DNA of 64,000 bases, taken from contig JBGPGO010000005.1 of NCBI GenBank assembly GCA_041483895.1, forward strand, positions 32,001 through 96,000, in the 5' to 3' direction. Shown piece after piece: positions 41,674 through 52,255 of the stretch (position 1 is its first letter; every line of letters begins with the position of its first letter). This DNA is from Fimbriimonadia bacterium (GTDB taxonomy: Bacteria > Armatimonadota > Fimbriimonadia > Fimbriimonadales > JABRVX01). The notes under the pieces are model-generated. The model worked only from the letters and a program-made list of their open reading frames with translations. It was not told the origin of the DNA and did no database searches. The translations under genes were made by a program, and so were the position numbers.

Positions 41674-43964
41674 AGTGTATCGCGCGTATAGCGCTCCTAC
41701 TTTGCGGAGTTTTTGGAATCTTCATCATCATCTTTGCCTGCGGCTCGGACTGCCTTGACAGCGTCCACTTCCACTCCGGCTATCCGGACTTCGGCACGCC
41801 CCCGCGCCGGGCGCAACTTATCAATTTGGGCGAACGCGATGATCGCCCAGTCCACAAAGAGTATTTCATCAATGCCGGTGACCGACCAAGCGAGCTGCAC
41901 GAGAACTATGTGGACCCGTGGAGCCATCAACCCGATCGCCTCCAGCAGCTTCTGAAGCGGGCGCGCACGGCGGAGAGGACGGGGGATTGGCGCGAGGCGC
42001 TCCGTCTCTATCAAAGCGTAAAGGCGCAATTTGGCAATCGGGGGGAGATTTGCGACCGGCTGGATCTTTTGCCGCGCATCGTGGCCAAACGGCCGCAATC
42101 GGCGGAACTGAAAGCCTTGACGTTGTTCTGCAACGCATTGGACATGTGGAACGTTCGAGCGAGACCGGCGCTATATCACATTTATCAAAGTCCGCAAGCT
42201 GGGGTCGTCCGGGAGCATGCTTTGTATCAGTACGCGTGTCTCCAAACGCCCTCTGACAAGACGATTCAATATTTGCGGAAACTCCTCCGAGTTTTCCCCA
42301 ACACTCCAAAACGCGAGGCGGCGCTCATTATGATGGCCCGGGCGGCCCTTCACATGCCGATAAATTTGCAATCCCCTCCGCCCACGCGAGAAGAGATGGC
42401 AATCGCGGAAAATGCCATCAGCCGGCTCCTCAAGGGGTTTCCCAAATCCCGATTTCGCGGCGCTGCGATAGGGCTACGTGCAAGAATCAATCTACTGTCC
42501 GGGCGTCCGCACGATGCCATTCTTGGATACTTCAGCATCGACGATCTGAATTCGGTGGAGGAAGTTTTGCGTGGTCTGAACGCAACGGTGCGGGAACGAT
42601 ATGTGCCCCGCTTGATTGCCGCCTATCTGAGCCGCATGGCGCGGACGACTGAGTTTTCCACATACGAATGGTCGGTCCTCATGGCCTATAGGCACTTTCA
42701 TGAGCTGACCGATCAAGAAACCAGCGCATTCAAGCTGATGCTATTCCGCAACCCGGAGCTTGTCGCCAACTATTTCTACTTCCGCCTGTATCATTCGCAC
42801 CCGACGAAGAGTGAGATCCGCGGTCTGGCCGGGTTGGGTCAGCAGCTTGCGGCAGCGGGTGTCGCGACCAAGATGCATCCGAAAGTTGCCGCCCAGCTTG
42901 CGGAGACCTATTATCAGGATCATAAATACGAGGAGGCCATCCGTTGGGCAGACCAGGCGCTCTCCGCCAAGCCGATCGACCGGGCCTACTTCCCGAAAGG
43001 TGCATCGCTGCACAAGCTCGGACGTTTTCCTGAAGCGATCGCGGCCTTCAAAACACTGCTGGCCAAAATTCCCAAAGGCTCTTGCCGGCGAGGAGCGCGA
43101 GAGGAACTTGCGCTTCTCTATGAGCAGAGTGGGAACCCCGGAGCGGCGGTCGATCAGTATTTCGCGCTTGGTTACAAGCTCGACGTCGCCTTTTTGTTGG
43201 ATGCAAGGATGACGATGCATCAGGTCGAAGGGTATCTGCGCCAGACAACCGATCCGTACAAGAGGACCATCGTCCAATACACGCTCGGCATTCGATATCT
43301 GCGGGATGAAAATTGGAGCCTGGCAGAGCGATACTTGCGGAGCGTGCCGAAGAAGGAGTACGCGAAGTTCAGCGCGGGCAGAAAGCGGTGGGAGTCGAAG
43401 CCGTCGCCGGAGCCACTGTCGGCGGTTCGTGATTTGCGCCGGCTGCATCACGCCATTGGGCGGGCAAGAGGAAGCAACGCCAAGGCCGCTGCCATGTATG
43501 CCTACGCCAGCTATTACTACAAGCATGGACTGTTGCTGCTGTACAACCCGCGGCTTTGGCAAGATGACCGGATGATTGGAATCGATTTTTGGTGGAATCC
43601 ATCGGCGGCTCAGAAGTCCGACGTCGCGGCGTTGCGAAACCACATGTACAGTCACGATGTCTATTCCCGCTGCCGCCAGATCTGCCTGGATATCATCCGC
43701 AAATATCCGAAATCGCCCACCGCTCCCGCCGCGCTCTACCGAGCAGCCTGCTCATCAAGATACATTTGGTACTTCAACAATTGGTGGCGGGAAGAGGCGA
43801 GGCGGAACGGTAGCGCCTCCGAGCCCGGCAATCTGCTTCGAAAACTGGTGAAGGATTATCCAACTGATCCATTAGCGCGCCAAGCCGGAAAGTACGCCAT
43901 CGTTTTCGACGACGAGATGGCAGGAATTTGGCACGACGATCCAACCGGTTGGCCGGTTCAATGA
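41670..43964 (+). CDS. Secreted TPR-repeat protein, partner of DUF3142
   Basis: Signal ending FACG; repeated LL..FP.S/T TPR helices; start overlaps the DUF3142 stop. Confidence 0.75.
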   Translation: MKCIARIALLLCGVFGIFIIIFACGSDCLDSVHFHSGYPDFGTPPRRAQLINLGERDDRPVHKEYFINAGDRPSELHENYVDPWSHQPDRLQQLLKRARTAERTGDWREALRLYQSVKAQFGNRGEICDRLDLLPRIVAKRPQSAELKALTLFCNALDMWNVRARPALYHIYQSPQAGVVREHALYQYACLQTPSDKTIQYLRKLLRVFPNTPKREAALIMMARAALHMPINLQSPPPTREEMAIAENAISRLLKGFPKSRFRGAAIGLRARINLLSGRPHDAILGYFSIDDLNSVEEVLRGLNATVRERYVPRLIAAYLSRMARTTEFSTYEWSVLMAYRHFHELTDQETSAFKLMLFRNPELVANYFYFRLYHSHPTKSEIRGLAGLGQQLAAAGVATKMHPKVAAQLAETYYQDHKYEEAIRWADQALSAKPIDRAYFPKGASLHKLGRFPEAIAAFKTLLAKIPKGSCRRGAREELALLYEQSGNPGAAVDQYFALGYKLDVAFLLDARMTMHQVEGYLRQTTDPYKRTIVQYTLGIRYLRDENWSLAERYLRSVPKKEYAKFSAGRKRWESKPSPEPLSAVRDLRRLHHAIGRARGSNAKAAAMYAYASYYYKHGLLLLYNPRLWQDDRMIGIDFWWNPSAAQKSDVAALRNHMYSHDVYSRCRQICLDIIRKYPKSPTAPAALYRAACSSRYIWYFNNWWREEARRNGSASEPGNLLRKLVKDYPTDPLARQAGKYAIVFDDEMAGIWHDDPTGWPVQ

Positions 43965-43966
43965 TG

Positions 43967-44034
43967 CCCTTCACAATGCGATTGTGAAGGGATGTTGGGA
44001 TTGCAGGGTCTTTCACAGTGCGACTGTGAAGGGA
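43967..44034. repeat. Two tandem family D hairpins between convergent genes
   Basis: cccttcacaatgcgattgtgaaggga and ctttcacagtgcgactgtgaaggga, matching waaA 11850-11875. Confidence 0.85.
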
Positions 44035-44083
44035 TAAGGAAGACCTTGGCGCGGATGCCGCCAAGGTCCGACTTCGCAAACCA

Positions 44084-44554
44084 TTACCCTCCGACGGAGG
44101 TCGCGAGGCAGCGGACAACGATATCTCCCGAAGCCAGCGGGCCGCCGGCCTTGTACAAGACCTTCGTGGCGCTGTCCACGCTATAGACTACGATGGTGAA
44201 CGTATCCGCTCGCGCGCTCGCCGAAGAGCCTCCGTCGTATACATTGACTTCCACGCGTGCCTTCTGGCCATCGAAGACGCCAAATCCGGCGAAGGCGGCG
44301 TTATGCGCCGTGCAGGCAAACTTATCGACGCTTGTGAGGGAGACCCGATGCCCCCGATTGGTCGTGGCGAGGCCTGATTCGATATGGTTGAGGTAGCCCT
44401 TGATCGCCATCGGCATCGAATAGACCTCGAACGAAAAGACGCCGACCGAGGTATCGCTCACCTTGATGGAGCCTTTGCCATACGTCGCTCCGACTTGGGC
44501 CAGGGCGGCGGACCCCACCGAAAGGATTGTAAGAATGAGAAGAGCTCGTTTCAT
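44084..44554 (-). CDS. Small secreted beta-rich protein (post-COAP-1-like)
   Basis: Signal peptide; A.F.G.G...V.V.DGG...D.F.I...G.L..GDI.V pattern. Confidence 0.6.
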   Translation of the reverse strand: MKRALLILTILSVGSAALAQVGATYGKGSIKVSDTSVGVFSFEVYSMPMAIKGYLNHIESGLATTNRGHRVSLTSVDKFACTAHNAAFAGFGVFDGQKARVEVNVYDGGSSASARADTFTIVVYSVDSATKVLYKAGGPLASGDIVVRCLATSVGG

Positions 44555-44700
44555 GAATTCATTCCTCCCAAAGCCTCAAAGCATCTTGAATGAGGCATTC
44601 GGTGGAAGTGACCGCCGCCGGCCGGATTCGGTTCCCGGAACTCAAAGCAGTCGCCGACAATTTAACAATATGGTAATGTGAATCGAGGCGGAGGTTTCAG

Positions 44701-45447
44701 ATGGCAGGTTCCAATCGGGCGTTTACTCTCATCGAGCTGTTGGTGGTCATCGCGATCATCGCGATCTTGGCGGCCATCCTGTTCCCTGTCTTCGCCCGTG
44801 CCCGAGAATCCGGCTATCGCACGCAATGCATCAGCAACTCCAACCAGCTCGGCAAAGCGTTCCTCATGTATTCCGACGACAACAACTCCCGCTACCCCGG
44901 TCCCGCCCCCGGCGACGCCACCAACTACGCCCCCAGCGGCAATCCTCCGTGGTGGGGCAACAGGCGGTGGGGCGTTCAGGGCCACTGGGTACCTGGCATC
45001 TGGGTCCCGGATCCGAACGCCTCGGGCTACACTCTCGACAACTTTCCGATCAACCCGGCGTGGAAAGCTCTCGGTGGGCCGCGATCGGGCGGCCTGTTTC
45101 CCTATACCAAGAGCGCGGACTGCTACTATTGCCCCACAGACAAACGGGGCAAGGAGAAGATGCTCAGCTACTCAATGTATTACTACATTGGATTTATCCA
45201 ACTAAAGCGCATTCAGCACCCAACCCAGACGGCGCTGCTCGTGGACGAGGGCCTGACCCTGAATGACGGCTTCTACGTTCCGCCGCCAACGGATTGCCCG
45301 TCGGTTGTCCACATACACGGGTTCGTACTTACTCTCTGCGATGGACACTCAAAATGGTTTCATGTCGAGGATAAGTACGTGCCGGTAAACGGGACCGCCC
45401 ACTGCGACGGGGATATCGTCTCCCGGACATTCTGGGACATCAATTAG
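44701..45447 (+). CDS. Prepilin-type N-terminal cleavage/methylation protein (paralog A)
   Basis: [29 protein letters not shown]9-DG motif ([11 protein letters not shown]). Confidence 0.9.
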   Translation: MAGSNRAFTLIELLVVIAIIAILAAILFPVFARARESGYRTQCISNSNQLGKAFLMYSDDNNSRYPGPAPGDATNYAPSGNPPWWGNRRWGVQGHWVPGIWVPDPNASGYTLDNFPINPAWKALGGPRSGGLFPYTKSADCYYCPTDKRGKEKMLSYSMYYYIGFIQLKRIQHPTQTALLVDEGLTLNDGFYVPPPTDCPSVVHIHGFVLTLCDGHSKWFHVEDKYVPVNGTAHCDGDIVSRTFWDIN

Positions 45448-45531
45448 CTTCGGGTGGCAATCGATCTGGCATTTGGATCACTTTTGCGATAAACTAAGAC
45501 ATTCATTCAATCCAGATAGAGGTGGTTAATC

Positions 45532-46272
45532 GTGAAGCAGCGGCAGGCGTTCACACTTATTGAGTTGCTGGTCGTTATCGCAATCATAGCAATCCTAGCG
45601 GCCATTCTCTTCCCTGTCTTTGCCCAGGCCCGCGAATCAGCCTATCGCACAGCCTGCATCAGCAACTCGAATCAGCTTGGCAAGGCATTTATCATGTACT
45701 CGGACGACAACAACACGCGGTATCCAGGGCCGGCTCCTGGCGACGCCATCGGCTACCGGGCCGGCGGAAATCCGCCCTGGTGGAGTCCAGGCACTTGGAC
45801 TGATAAGGGTCACTGGGTTCCCGGCATTTGGGTTTTTTACCAAGGCGGGAACTCAAATTTGGACACTCGGGAAGTGTATAAGCCCTGGCTCGCCAACGGC
45901 GGCGTGCGCAAAGGCGGTCTTTTTCCGTACACAAAGAGCGCCGACTGCTACTATTGCCCGTCCGACAAACGCGGAAAAGAAAAGCGGCTCAGCTACTCCA
46001 TGTACTATTATCTTGGGTTTATCCCGGTCCGCAGGATCCAGCACCCTGCCCAAACGGCGCTCCTGGTCGACGAAGGTTTGACGCTGAACGACGGATTCTT
46101 TGTACCGCCGACGGCAGACTGCCCGTCCGTAGTGCACAAGCACGGCGTGGTTCTCACGCTAAATGACGGCCATTCGAAGTGGTACTACGTTCAGGATAAG
46201 TACATGCCGACCAATGGCAGCGCCAGTTGCCCGGCGGACATCGTTCCCAGTTCTCTTTGGGACATCAATTAG
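45532..46272 (+). CDS. Prepilin-type N-terminal cleavage/methylation protein (paralog B)
   Basis: QAFTLIELL...; colinear with 44701-45447. Confidence 0.9.
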   Translation: MKQRQAFTLIELLVVIAIIAILAAILFPVFAQARESAYRTACISNSNQLGKAFIMYSDDNNTRYPGPAPGDAIGYRAGGNPPWWSPGTWTDKGHWVPGIWVFYQGGNSNLDTREVYKPWLANGGVRKGGLFPYTKSADCYYCPSDKRGKEKRLSYSMYYYLGFIPVRRIQHPAQTALLVDEGLTLNDGFFVPPTADCPSVVHKHGVVLTLNDGHSKWYYVQDKYMPTNGSASCPADIVPSSLWDIN

Positions 46273-46320
46273 TGTTATAATGATGTGTTATCTCGTTCGC
46301 GCTTGCGGCGAGGTCGCGAC

Positions 46321-47982
46321 ATGGCAAGGTCTAAGACTTCGGTCATACTTGCGGCGGTGATGTCTCTTTCGGCATCCGCTTTGGCGGATGTTGGTGATGT
46401 CGTTCGCGCCAACGTCAGCACAGGCGGCGCCGAATCAAACCAGATCAGCCTGTCGCCTGTGATTAGCCCAAACGGCCGAGTCGTGGCATTCGCCAGCCGG
46501 GCAACGACACTGGTTCCCGAAGACACAAACACCAACCTCGATGTATTTGTGCGGGACCTCGATGCGAAAACCACCACGTTGGCGTCAATCAACAACGCCG
46601 GAACACTCTCCAACACGGACTCAAACTACCCGTCATTGAGTTACGATGGCAGGTTCGTTGCCTTCGAGTCCTACTCAAAGACGTGGCCGTTCGCCGACAA
46701 GAACAGCGGCTGCAACATTTATGTGCGCGATCGCCAATTAGGCCTTACGGAACTCTGTTCGCCTAAATTGCCGGGAACGCAGGCCCAGTGGGCGTTATCC
46801 AGAAATGCCTCGATCAGCGCCGACGGCAGGTATGTGGCGTTCCAGAGCGATGCCCCGAACTTGGTCCCAGGCGACACCAACTTGCGGGACGACGTGTTCG
46901 TTTTCGACCGAATGACCCGGACGACAGAACGTATGTCTCGGACGGCCCAAGGGGGTGAATCGAACAACAACTGTTGGATCCCGGCCATCAGCGGCGACGG
47001 CAGGTTCGTGATCTTCAATAGCCCAGCGACCAACCTGACCGAAGTAGATCCAAAGGGCCTGTGGCAACTCTACGTCCGGGATCGTATCTTGGGAACGCTA
47101 AGAATGGTATCGATTGCGAACGGGCAGCCGCTCGGGGTCCGGGACCTCAGCCGGTCTTATCTATCGTATGATGGCCGGTTTATTGCATTCGATGGTGGCG
47201 GTTCACCATACGGATATTCATCGCCGATGGTATACGATCAGTTGACGCAGACTATTCAGTCCGCTGGGCTAAACGATGACGGACAGCCGCAATTGACCTA
47301 TGCGTACATCGCGCCGATCAGCGGCGACGGCCGGGTTGTCGGCTTTGCGCCTTATGTCCGCGATATTGCCGCACAAGTCACAGAACCGATTGTGCCGAAC
47401 ACCCAGTATCCCGTCGCACGATTCTTGGCCGCGCAGTCTATCAGCTATGATGGGAGATTTGTCGTCTTCTTATCCGATAGCCAATTGGTTTCGGATGATA
47501 CGAACTTCATCGAGGACGTGTACGTGGTCGAACGGCAGGGGGAAATCCCGCAGATCACAGTTTCGGGTCATATTTACTTTGGCGATCTGGCCGGCCCGCA
47601 GCCGTTTAGCGTGCGAATTGACGTGCGGCGGACCGGGCACTATGATGCGCGCCAAACGGTAGACGTGGCGGTACAGCCTGACGGTTCTTATGAATTCCAA
47701 ACGACCGGCTTGGCCATGCAAATGTCTCTACAACACACTCATTGGCTGCGGCAGACCACGGGTTCCCTGGCCGGCTACCTCGGCGACGTGACGAATGTGG
47801 ATTTCGACCTGATCAACGGCGATGCGAATCATGACAATTTGGTCAGCGTATTCGACTACGGATATCTGCTCTACGATTTTGGGAAGACCGGCAGCGAAGC
47901 GGACCTGGACGAGGACGGGGTTGTCACTGTTTGGGATCTAATGATCTTCTTGATGAATTTTGGCGCAGTGGGAGACTTCTGA
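46321..47982 (+). CDS. Secreted TolB-like (PD40/WD40-like) beta-propeller with dockerin-like C-terminal module
   Basis: Repeats IS.DGR.VAF.S...LV..DTN...DVFV.D; C-terminal HWLR..NGDAN..DLDEDG. Confidence 0.85.
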   Translation: MARSKTSVILAAVMSLSASALADVGDVVRANVSTGGAESNQISLSPVISPNGRVVAFASRATTLVPEDTNTNLDVFVRDLDAKTTTLASINNAGTLSNTDSNYPSLSYDGRFVAFESYSKTWPFADKNSGCNIYVRDRQLGLTELCSPKLPGTQAQWALSRNASISADGRYVAFQSDAPNLVPGDTNLRDDVFVFDRMTRTTERMSRTAQGGESNNNCWIPAISGDGRFVIFNSPATNLTEVDPKGLWQLYVRDRILGTLRMVSIANGQPLGVRDLSRSYLSYDGRFIAFDGGGSPYGYSSPMVYDQLTQTIQSAGLNDDGQPQLTYAYIAPISGDGRVVGFAPYVRDIAAQVTEPIVPNTQYPVARFLAAQSISYDGRFVVFLSDSQLVSDDTNFIEDVYVVERQGEIPQITVSGHIYFGDLAGPQPFSVRIDVRRTGHYDARQTVDVAVQPDGSYEFQTTGLAMQMSLQHTHWLRQTTGSLAGYLGDVTNVDFDLINGDANHDNLVSVFDYGYLLYDFGKTGSEADLDEDGVVTVWDLMIFLMNFGAVGDF

Positions 47983-49655
47983 TGCGCGTGCTGATTCTGA
48001 TGCTGATCGCTTCTGCCGCATGGTCTCAAGCCAAACAGGAAATCCTCAGCGTTTCGTCCGGTGGATTTCAGGGCAACCTGGGTAGTTCGACGCTGGGCAT
48101 CAGCGCCGACGGGAATCTCATCCTGCTTTCCAGCAACGCAACAAACTTCGATGGTCCAGGGGCACAGTCCGCGATCTATCTTCGGGATAGGCTGGCGGGC
48201 ACGACGAAGCTGGTCACAAGGCGGAGAGATGGGACTCCCTATGCAGCCGTTGCCGCACGGATTTCAGCCAACGGTCAATTCGTCATCATCGCAACCAATG
48301 AACCGTATCTGACTACCGGCGACAGCGGTACTGTCTGGGACATCTTCTCCATCGATCTTTCGACTGGTGGAATCGCGAAAATATCCGTCAGCTCGGTTGA
48401 GGTGGCGGGAAACGGGGATTCCAATGCGCCGTCGGTGTCCGCGGACGGCCGCTTCGTCGCATTCTATTCCGCCTCCACCAATCTGGATAATAAGGGTCAA
48501 GGCGGGGTCTTCGTTCGAGACCAGATGCTCGGGCTGACTATCCGTGCCGCGCGCCGTATGGACGGGGGACCAGCCTACGGCACCGACCCTTTCATCTCGC
48601 CGGATGGAAGATTCGTCTCCTTCACCAGCTCCGATGCGAACCTCGTCCCCAAAGACACAAATGGCGTTCCGGACGCGTTCGTTGCGGACCTTTGGACCGG
48701 CGAAATAGAACGTATTTCGGTTGCCGCGGACGGCAAGCAAGCACTGGGGTATGCTTCCTACGCGGGTCCCATGAATGCGGACGCCTCTCGCGTAACTTTC
48801 GCCAGCGGTGCGAATAATCTTGGAACCGCCGCGAACATTCAACAGATCTACGTGCGAGATCGAATCTTGGAAACCACCATAAAGTGCTCCGTTTCCCCTG
48901 ATGCTGCGGCGGGCAACGAATCGAGCTATTCGCCTAGCATAAGCGCGGATGGAAACCGTGTCGCATTTGCAAGCGGCGCCAAGAATCTGATCCCGAACGA
49001 CCTCAATGGTTACCAGGACGTATTTGTTCGGGACATTGACGCGCATGAAACCCTCGCGGCATCGTGGACTGCCTATGATCAGGGGAACAGCTACAGCTAC
49101 TCCTGCTGCATCAGCGACGACGGAGCGATGGTGGCGTATTCCAGCGGTGCTACCAATCTCGTTCCGAACGACACAAACGGGCAATACGACGCGTTTCTTG
49201 CAACCAAGTTCGTCGTTGGTCAGACGACGTACATGACGGGTCGAGTGCAGTTCGATTCGACCCTTCATAGACCGGATCCGGTGCATCTGGAACTTCGGAA
49301 CCCTGGTGATATCAACCCGTTTCGAGTGGTAACGCTGACCCTCGACGGCCTGGGGAATTACATGATCCTTGTTCCAAAGGTCCTCTTGGATGCATCCATC
49401 AAAGAGTCGCACTTTCTTCGCCGGACCCTGACAGGGCTCGACGGTGCATCCGGCCCGATCGTTGGCGCGAACTTTACGCCAATGAACGGCGATCTGGTTT
49501 CCAATAACGCAGTGGATCTAAAGGATCTTTCCATCGTATTCATCAACTTCATGACGTTTTTTACGTCGGAGGGCGATGCCAATGACGACCAGAGGGTGGA
49601 CACGATCGATCTCAATATTGTCTTTCTCCGCTTCGGACTAGTGGGAGACCCCTAG
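47982..49655 (+). CDS. Secreted TolB-like beta-propeller with dockerin-like C-terminal module
   Basis: Same repeats; C-terminal HFLRR..NGDL..DANDD..DLN; ATG overlaps the upstream TGA. Confidence 0.85.
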   Translation: MRVLILMLIASAAWSQAKQEILSVSSGGFQGNLGSSTLGISADGNLILLSSNATNFDGPGAQSAIYLRDRLAGTTKLVTRRRDGTPYAAVAARISANGQFVIIATNEPYLTTGDSGTVWDIFSIDLSTGGIAKISVSSVEVAGNGDSNAPSVSADGRFVAFYSASTNLDNKGQGGVFVRDQMLGLTIRAARRMDGGPAYGTDPFISPDGRFVSFTSSDANLVPKDTNGVPDAFVADLWTGEIERISVAADGKQALGYASYAGPMNADASRVTFASGANNLGTAANIQQIYVRDRILETTIKCSVSPDAAAGNESSYSPSISADGNRVAFASGAKNLIPNDLNGYQDVFVRDIDAHETLAASWTAYDQGNSYSYSCCISDDGAMVAYSSGATNLVPNDTNGQYDAFLATKFVVGQTTYMTGRVQFDSTLHRPDPVHLELRNPGDINPFRVVTLTLDGLGNYMILVPKVLLDASIKESHFLRRTLTGLDGASGPIVGANFTPMNGDLVSNNAVDLKDLSIVFINFMTFFTSEGDANDDQRVDTIDLNIVFLRFGLVGDP

Positions 49656-49662
49656 CAACAAT

Positions 49663-52035
49663 TCATTTCCCCGGATACGGCACAGTCGGTCTCCGCACAC
49701 CGCTTGGCGTGAATGCGCCGGCGGTCAGCAATATGGCGTCCAGGGACGCCTGGTAGTAGGCGCCGGGAGCCCCGCGAACGGCAATGGTTAGCGTAGTTCT
49801 TCCCTTGGAAAGTGCAACCGTGCCTGCGTCGTACCAGGCGAAGCTGCCGCCGTACAATGAGAGCGGTTCGGAATTCACCGGTATCGGCGGGGAGGTCCCG
49901 ATCGAAACCTCGAAGTGGAGCGTGCCCTCCTCCGGAAGGCTGCCGGCAATGAGAAGCCGCAACGTCGTGTTGTCCGGCACGTTGATCGAGTAACTGGCCT
50001 TGTACGCTCCATCGAGCGGTTCGAACGGCGTATCGACCGCGAGGTACTTCCCGTCGCTTGCCGCCGCTGAACTCGCGGAAAATCCAAACGTCGTGCTGGA
50101 AGGGTTCTCCGCTTCGATCCAGAGGTACTTTCCGATGCGGGAAACAATCTTTTGGTACACGTTTCGAAGGATGGCGAATGCGTTCCCAGGGTTGCGGGCG
50201 AAGCCGTCGCGCGCCATATCCACATCGAGCTTCAGATCGGAAAAATCGACTCCCATGGCGGAGTCCAGCTTGAAGTACTCCTTGATTGCGTCGTCCGTCT
50301 GCCGATAAACGGCATCCGGCACCGGCAGATCATCCGCGGAGAGGAACAGTGTCGGAAGCTCCCCAATAACGAGGCTCATGCCATCTTTTTTCAGCTTCGG
50401 AGTGACCGGCTGGCGATCCCACGTCGCCACGCGCACAGTTTCCGGATTTGCAAATCTTAGGAACACATCCTGCGCACCCTTGAGCGACCAGAGAGCCACC
50501 ATCGTTCCGGCGCCGGTGTTGATACGATAGGCCTCAAACGATTCGCCGTAATCCATTCGTGTGCCAACACGGGGACTCGGAACCCACCAAACGCCGCTTG
50601 GGAGTTGCATCACGTTGGCCGGAGTCGTTGCGCTTTCGGGGAATTCCAGCGTCTTCGCTTTCTGATCGTATGGCGGGACCTTCGCGGCAGCCAACTTCGC
50701 CATCGTCGGAGTTTCGAGTCCGACGCGAACGAAGAATCCCTTTATGCCGAGGGAAGCGAGGGTGGCGATGTCAGCGCTGGGATCCTGATCGGCGCCAAAA
50801 GCCGTGCCGGCGCGGTCCACGGCAACATCGGTGGCGACGAGCCAAGGCGCAGAGTCCCAGGTGAGCGAAGCGCCGACAGCCGGCGCTCCCCAGAAATCAG
50901 CAACTTTTGCGCCGACGCCGATTGCCTGCACACCGATGCCATCGCCTGCAGCAGTCTTTCCCTGGCTTACTATCGACCAGTTTTTCCAAGTAAACAGGAC
51001 CGGCACATCGACAACGCGATGGATGGCGCGGGCGAGGTTGCCGGCCCGCTCCGCGGCTACGGATTTTAGATACGCTTCGAAGTCATCCCAATACTTCGAT
51101 CCCTTGCCGGAAGGAAGAAGCAGATCGGTGGCCGGATTCCAGAGCATCTGCAGACCGCGGCCCTCCGCATAGAGCGGAACCAATTTAGCGGCCTCCCGAA
51201 ACGAGGGGGGATCCCGATCCATCCTCCAGGCTTGTGACAACTTATCTACTGTTCCATAGGTCCGCTTGAGATACCGTTCGAATTCCAATCGGAACAGCGC
51301 GGATTCCGGCACGAATCGGCGGTTGAAGTCGTACCACTTGTCAACCCGTCCCAGCGGATCGACAATTCCGCGCAGTCCGGGTCCCAGCTTCGCGGCCCGG
51401 AGCTTGGCGAGCATCTGGTCCCGCCAGGTGTCGTACCCTTCCCAATAGTCGATCAGATTGCCCTGCCTTGAATGCGGAAAAAGCAGCACGACATATTCGC
51501 CGGTTCGCTTTGGCTTGACGGAAAAGCTGATCTGTCCCTCTTCCACCCGCGCCCTGCCGGACATCTCCGCTGTGCCGGTTTCCGCATCAACGAGGGTCCA
51601 AAAAGCGCTATCCGCTGCGGGAAGGCGCAGCTTCAAATCGACGGGGCCTTTGATGCCCGCGACTCGATAGGACTGGGGCATGATGTAATTTCCCGTGCAA
51701 AGCGGCGCGGATGCTTCCGGTTCGAGGCAATACGTGACCTTCGCCAGTTCAGCGGCGTCCACAATCGGCTGCAGCGGCTGGTCCATTCTGTACCCCATCA
51801 GCGCGCTGCTGATCCCATGTCCCACGGCCAGACCCAATTTGCCATAGTCTTGACTGGCAACGATCGGTCCCAGTGGAATCCAAGGATTTCCATCCCAGAT
51901 GAGGCAGTTTTCCGCCGAAACGCGCCAACTATGCTTGGATCCCGCTGATTCGACGTATTCGCCTCTTATTTGAGAGAACACACCGGTTGTTAAAACAATG
52001 CCGGCACAAATGCCAATAAAACGCATAGCTATCAC
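49663..52035 (-). CDS. Large secreted hypothetical protein, possibly glycoside-hydrolase-like with a C-terminal CBM-like domain
   Basis: Signal peptide; F..YL...YG....L..AW motif; C-terminal WIEAE...LDAILL. Confidence 0.5.
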   Translation of the reverse strand: MIAMRFIGICAGIVLTTGVFSQIRGEYVESAGSKHSWRVSAENCLIWDGNPWIPLGPIVASQDYGKLGLAVGHGISSALMGYRMDQPLQPIVDAAELAKVTYCLEPEASAPLCTGNYIMPQSYRVAGIKGPVDLKLRLPAADSAFWTLVDAETGTAEMSGRARVEEGQISFSVKPKRTGEYVVLLFPHSRQGNLIDYWEGYDTWRDQMLAKLRAAKLGPGLRGIVDPLGRVDKWYDFNRRFVPESALFRLEFERYLKRTYGTVDKLSQAWRMDRDPPSFREAAKLVPLYAEGRGLQMLWNPATDLLLPSGKGSKYWDDFEAYLKSVAAERAGNLARAIHRVVDVPVLFTWKNWSIVSQGKTAAGDGIGVQAIGVGAKVADFWGAPAVGASLTWDSAPWLVATDVAVDRAGTAFGADQDPSADIATLASLGIKGFFVRVGLETPTMAKLAAAKVPPYDQKAKTLEFPESATTPANVMQLPSGVWWVPSPRVGTRMDYGESFEAYRINTGAGTMVALWSLKGAQDVFLRFANPETVRVATWDRQPVTPKLKKDGMSLVIGELPTLFLSADDLPVPDAVYRQTDDAIKEYFKLDSAMGVDFSDLKLDVDMARDGFARNPGNAFAILRNVYQKIVSRIGKYLWIEAENPSSTTFGFSASSAAASDGKYLAVDTPFEPLDGAYKASYSINVPDNTTLRLLIAGSLPEEGTLHFEVSIGTSPPIPVNSEPLSLYGGSFAWYDAGTVALSKGRTTLTIAVRGAPGAYYQASLDAILLTAGAFTPSGVRRPTVPYPGK

Positions 52036-52255
52036 TTCTCCATCCTTCGCAAATGGCCCTCCTACCCGGCAATACCAAGGAGATGGGCCAATTATGGTGC
52101 AAAAGTACCTTGTGGGTGAACCAAACCCGTAGGGCGCCGTATAAGATTACAGACAAAATACCGGTAGGCGGCGTCTGGCAAATATGGACCAAACAGATTT
52201 GGGACGCCGTAAATCGGCCTGTCCCTTTCCGTCTGATTGGAAATGGGAGGTAAGG

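Noticed and set aside
44701..46272. Diversity-generating retroelement TR/VR pair
   Set aside because: Both copies are full genes, the differences are not adenine-specific and include indels, and there is no reverse transcriptase in the window.
52165..52215. c-di-GMP-I riboswitch (GGCAAA...GGGACGC)
   Set aside because: It lacks the GNRA-capped P2 stem and the GCAAA/P3 arrangement.
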